IMG/VR virus record: IMGVR_UViG_3300025687_007517
Location: 1-64,000 of that record
DNA: 64,000 nt
Origin: a virus
Direction: 5' to 3' (one strand)
Numbering within the stretch: position 1 is the stretch's first letter; each line of letters starts with the position of its first letter. Under the pieces are notes generated by a model. The model was not told the DNA's origin. It saw nothing but the letters and a program-made list of their open reading frames with translations, and made no database searches. The translations under genes were made by a program, and so were the position numbers. Positions 61,832-64,000 of this stretch are shown here, one piece after another.

Positions 61832-64000
61832 TTATCCAAGGGAGGCAGAATAAGCTGTGACTCTTCCTCTAAGATTCATTGGTCCTTTAATACCTTTTGA
61901 AAATGGAAGCTGCCCTGCTTTGTTTTTGTAGCCACCGGGGTTGTTAAGATAGGTGTTGATTGTCCCGTTGGGAGAAATACTAGAACTAACGTTCGCCGCT
62001 TCATCGATTACATTATTTAAAATAGTAATTTCTTGCGTGGGTTGTAAAGTTCCTGTACTTAAATTTACAAGAGTGGTAAAGCCCATTTGAATTGTTAGAC
62101 CGCTACTAGCCCAAGAATTATTTCCAGCAATAGTAAATGTTTTATTTCCACCCTCTTGATCATTCCAATTTAAAGTAGTTGGTAGTCCAGTGTAGTCTGC
62201 TGAAGTGGCTGTGCCTCCTATTTGTGTTATAGAAGCTGTAGCCGCAAAATCAATACCACCAGAACGAGCCACAGTGATTGTAACTGATGTTGGAGTTCCT
62301 GCCCCAGCTTGGTAAATTGAAGCAGAAGCTACGGAGAAATTAACCGAACCAGTTTCGTTATCAATAACGGTTAATGTAAACTGGTTAGTGCCTGTAGTCG
62401 GGGTTGGGTAAGCAAATGTACCAGAATTTGGATATTCAATACTGTCAAGGTTGACAATAATTGTTTCGCTTTGACCATCCTCAAGAATATCATCAACAAT
62501 AGTAAGAGGCACATCGACTGTTGGTTCAAAGTCATTAAAAGAAACGGTATCTGGTGCTGTGTAGTCTGTATTTCTTGTTGCTGTGCCAGCATAACTTAAA
62601 GAAGCAGTGGCAGCGCCATGAATACCATCTGTGCGAGTAATTTGAACGTTATATGTTCCGACACTTTCATTTACAGAAGCGCTAGTGGCAGTAAATCCAA
62701 ATTGTCCAGGGTAAATTAAAGTACCAGTTGAAAAACTGCTAGTTCCAATTACGGCAACAGAAGGGTTACTAAGACCTAAAATTAACTTTCTGGGTGGGTC
62801 TGCTTCTGTAGCGTCTGAATTGAAAATAATGTCAAGGTCAAAAGTTTTTGTTCCTTGTTCTTGATCGGACCAGTTTAGTGTGTATGGAAAATTGCCAGCA
62901 TCATAATCTGCGTCTGGGTCGGCACTTGAAGCAGCATCAACAACAACTTCGACACTTGCCTCACCATCACCACCAGAGGTTCTTGTTACTTCATAAGTAT
63001 AGGTTACTGTATCCCCTGAACTGGCTGTTAGACTAAAGTCTAAATAAGTCGGGCTAAAGTTTAGCGAACCAGTTTCGTTGTCTTCAATTGACAAAACAAA
63101 AGAGGATTCTTGTCCAATTTGAACTTCTGGATAAAAAAGCTCACCAGATAATGGGTTTTCTGTGCTAAAAAGACTAAACGTGCCACTCTCTGTGTTTTCA
63201 TCGATTACATCGTCGGACGCAGTAACCGCAAAAGAAGATTCGTTTTCGCTATCACTAAAGAAGACCGTACCTGTAACGTCACCATTGCCAGCAACACCAA
63301 ATGTAATACCATTAAATGTTAAATCGTTTTGGTAGTCCCAAGCGTTACTTCCAGTGACAATGCCAATCGTTGCAGTTAGTTCTCCGTAAGTGCCGCTAAT
63401 TCTGTTAATTGAAACAACTGTATTGTTGCCTTCCACAATTGTTGCAGTCGATGAGGAAAACTCTATAAAACCTGGGTAGATAATGTTTGTAGAAGAGGTC
63501 GAAGGCGATACAATACTTGCCTCGCCACTGCTAGAAATGTAAGGTTGAAACGTTTTTGTTGTTGTTGGATTTGATAAAAACGTTACTGTAAAATCTTTTG
63601 AACCTGTTTCGTTCAGTGCCCAAGTTAAATCTAATGGGAATATATTAGTATAATCTGTGCCTGCAACTGCCGTACCAGTTACATCAATTGAGGCTGTTAA
63701 TACTGTTGAGCCAGACTGTCTTTGCACAGAGAAAGTTCCAGTTGTCTGACTTCCTTGTCCTGGGTAAAGGACGTTTGGTGCAACGTTTGCGCCAGTAAAT
63801 GTAAATGAAACTTCGCCTGCTGGTGAGATGTTTAAAGGTTGTGTATCATAGTAAGGGTGAGATACTGGTAATGAACCCGTTAAGCCCCACTTCCAAGCAA
63901 GGTAGCCTTCGATTCTTTGACGGTCTTCTTCATTGGGAACACCGTCAAGGATAAGCATTTCTGCCAAAGTCCAGTGAGGTCTAAAGTTGCTTCCTTCAAC
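61832..64000 (-). CDS. Calx-beta repeat virion surface protein (5'-truncated)
   Basis: Repeats of F....V.E....V.R..G..G..T........A....DY......L.W...E...K..... preceded by IEGYLAWKWGL; the frame is open to the window edge. Confidence 0.8.
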   Translation of the reverse strand, partial: VEGSNFRPHWTLAEMLILDGVPNEEDRQRIEGYLAWKWGLTGSLPVSHPYYDTQPLNISPAGEVSFTFTGANVAPNVLYPGQGSQTTGTFSVQRQSGSTVLTASIDVTGTAVAGTDYTNIFPLDLTWALNETGSKDFTVTFLSNPTTTKTFQPYISSSGEASIVSPSTSSTNIIYPGFIEFSSSTATIVEGNNTVVSINRISGTYGELTATIGIVTGSNAWDYQNDLTFNGITFGVAGNGDVTGTVFFSDSENESSFAVTASDDVIDENTESGTFSLFSTENPLSGELFYPEVQIGQESSFVLSIEDNETGSLNFSPTYLDFSLTASSGDTVTYTYEVTRTSGGDGEASVEVVVDAASSADPDADYDAGNFPYTLNWSDQEQGTKTFDLDIIFNSDATEADPPRKLILGLSNPSVAVIGTSSFSTGTLIYPGQFGFTATSASVNESVGTYNVQITRTDGIHGAATASLSYAGTATRNTDYTAPDTVSFNDFEPTVDVPLTIVDDILEDGQSETIIVNLDSIEYPNSGTFAYPTPTTGTNQFTLTVIDNETGSVNFSVASASIYQAGAGTPTSVTITVARSGGIDFAATASITQIGGTATSADYTGLPTTLNWNDQEGGNKTFTIAGNNSWASSGLTIQMGFTTLVNLSTGTLQPTQEITILNNVIDEAANVSSSISPNGTINTYLNNPGGYKNKAGQLPFSKGIKGPMNLRGRVTAYSASLG

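Noticed and set aside
318-63036. Plus-strand ORFs in the track (e.g. 1574..2176, 27252..27983, 13443..13889) and short out-of-frame minus ORFs
   Set aside because: They are antisense or alternate-frame shadows of well-supported minus-strand genes and carry no recognisable motifs.
1-64000. Alternative genetic code (stop codon reassignment)
   Set aside because: Genes are full length in code 11, TAA, TAG and TGA all act as stops, and no suppressor tRNA is present.

Overview
This window is a segment of a large, roughly 40% GC tailed-phage (myovirus-like) genome, with essentially all real genes on the minus strand. In transcription order (right to left) it holds five blocks. (1) The C-terminal part of a Calx-beta repeat virion protein, followed by an AT-rich regulatory gap. 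(2) An early/middle accessory block: PurA, PG-binding/M15 endolysin, ClpP, HNH, thymidine kinase, 4 tRNAs including a rare Ile-UAU, DUF3310, Hc1 histone-like protein, dUTPase, PIN-PhoH and a Cas4-like nuclease. (3) A ~15 kb glycosylation island: three GT4 enzymes, two Maf/GT42-like transferase domains, two NeuA/NeuB pairs, PseB/PseC and tailoring enzymes. (4) A phage sigma factor and ~30 kb of baseplate/tail genes. (5) RuvC, primase and a fused Mre11-Rad50 (SbcD-SbcC) gene running off the left edge. The leading hypothesis for an undescribed system is phage-encoded glycosylation of the virion with nonulosonic acids, targeted to an [S/T]-[G/A/S]-S motif that is strongly enriched in a subset of the neighbouring structural proteins. 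All calls come from motif recognition by eye; no database searches were run.
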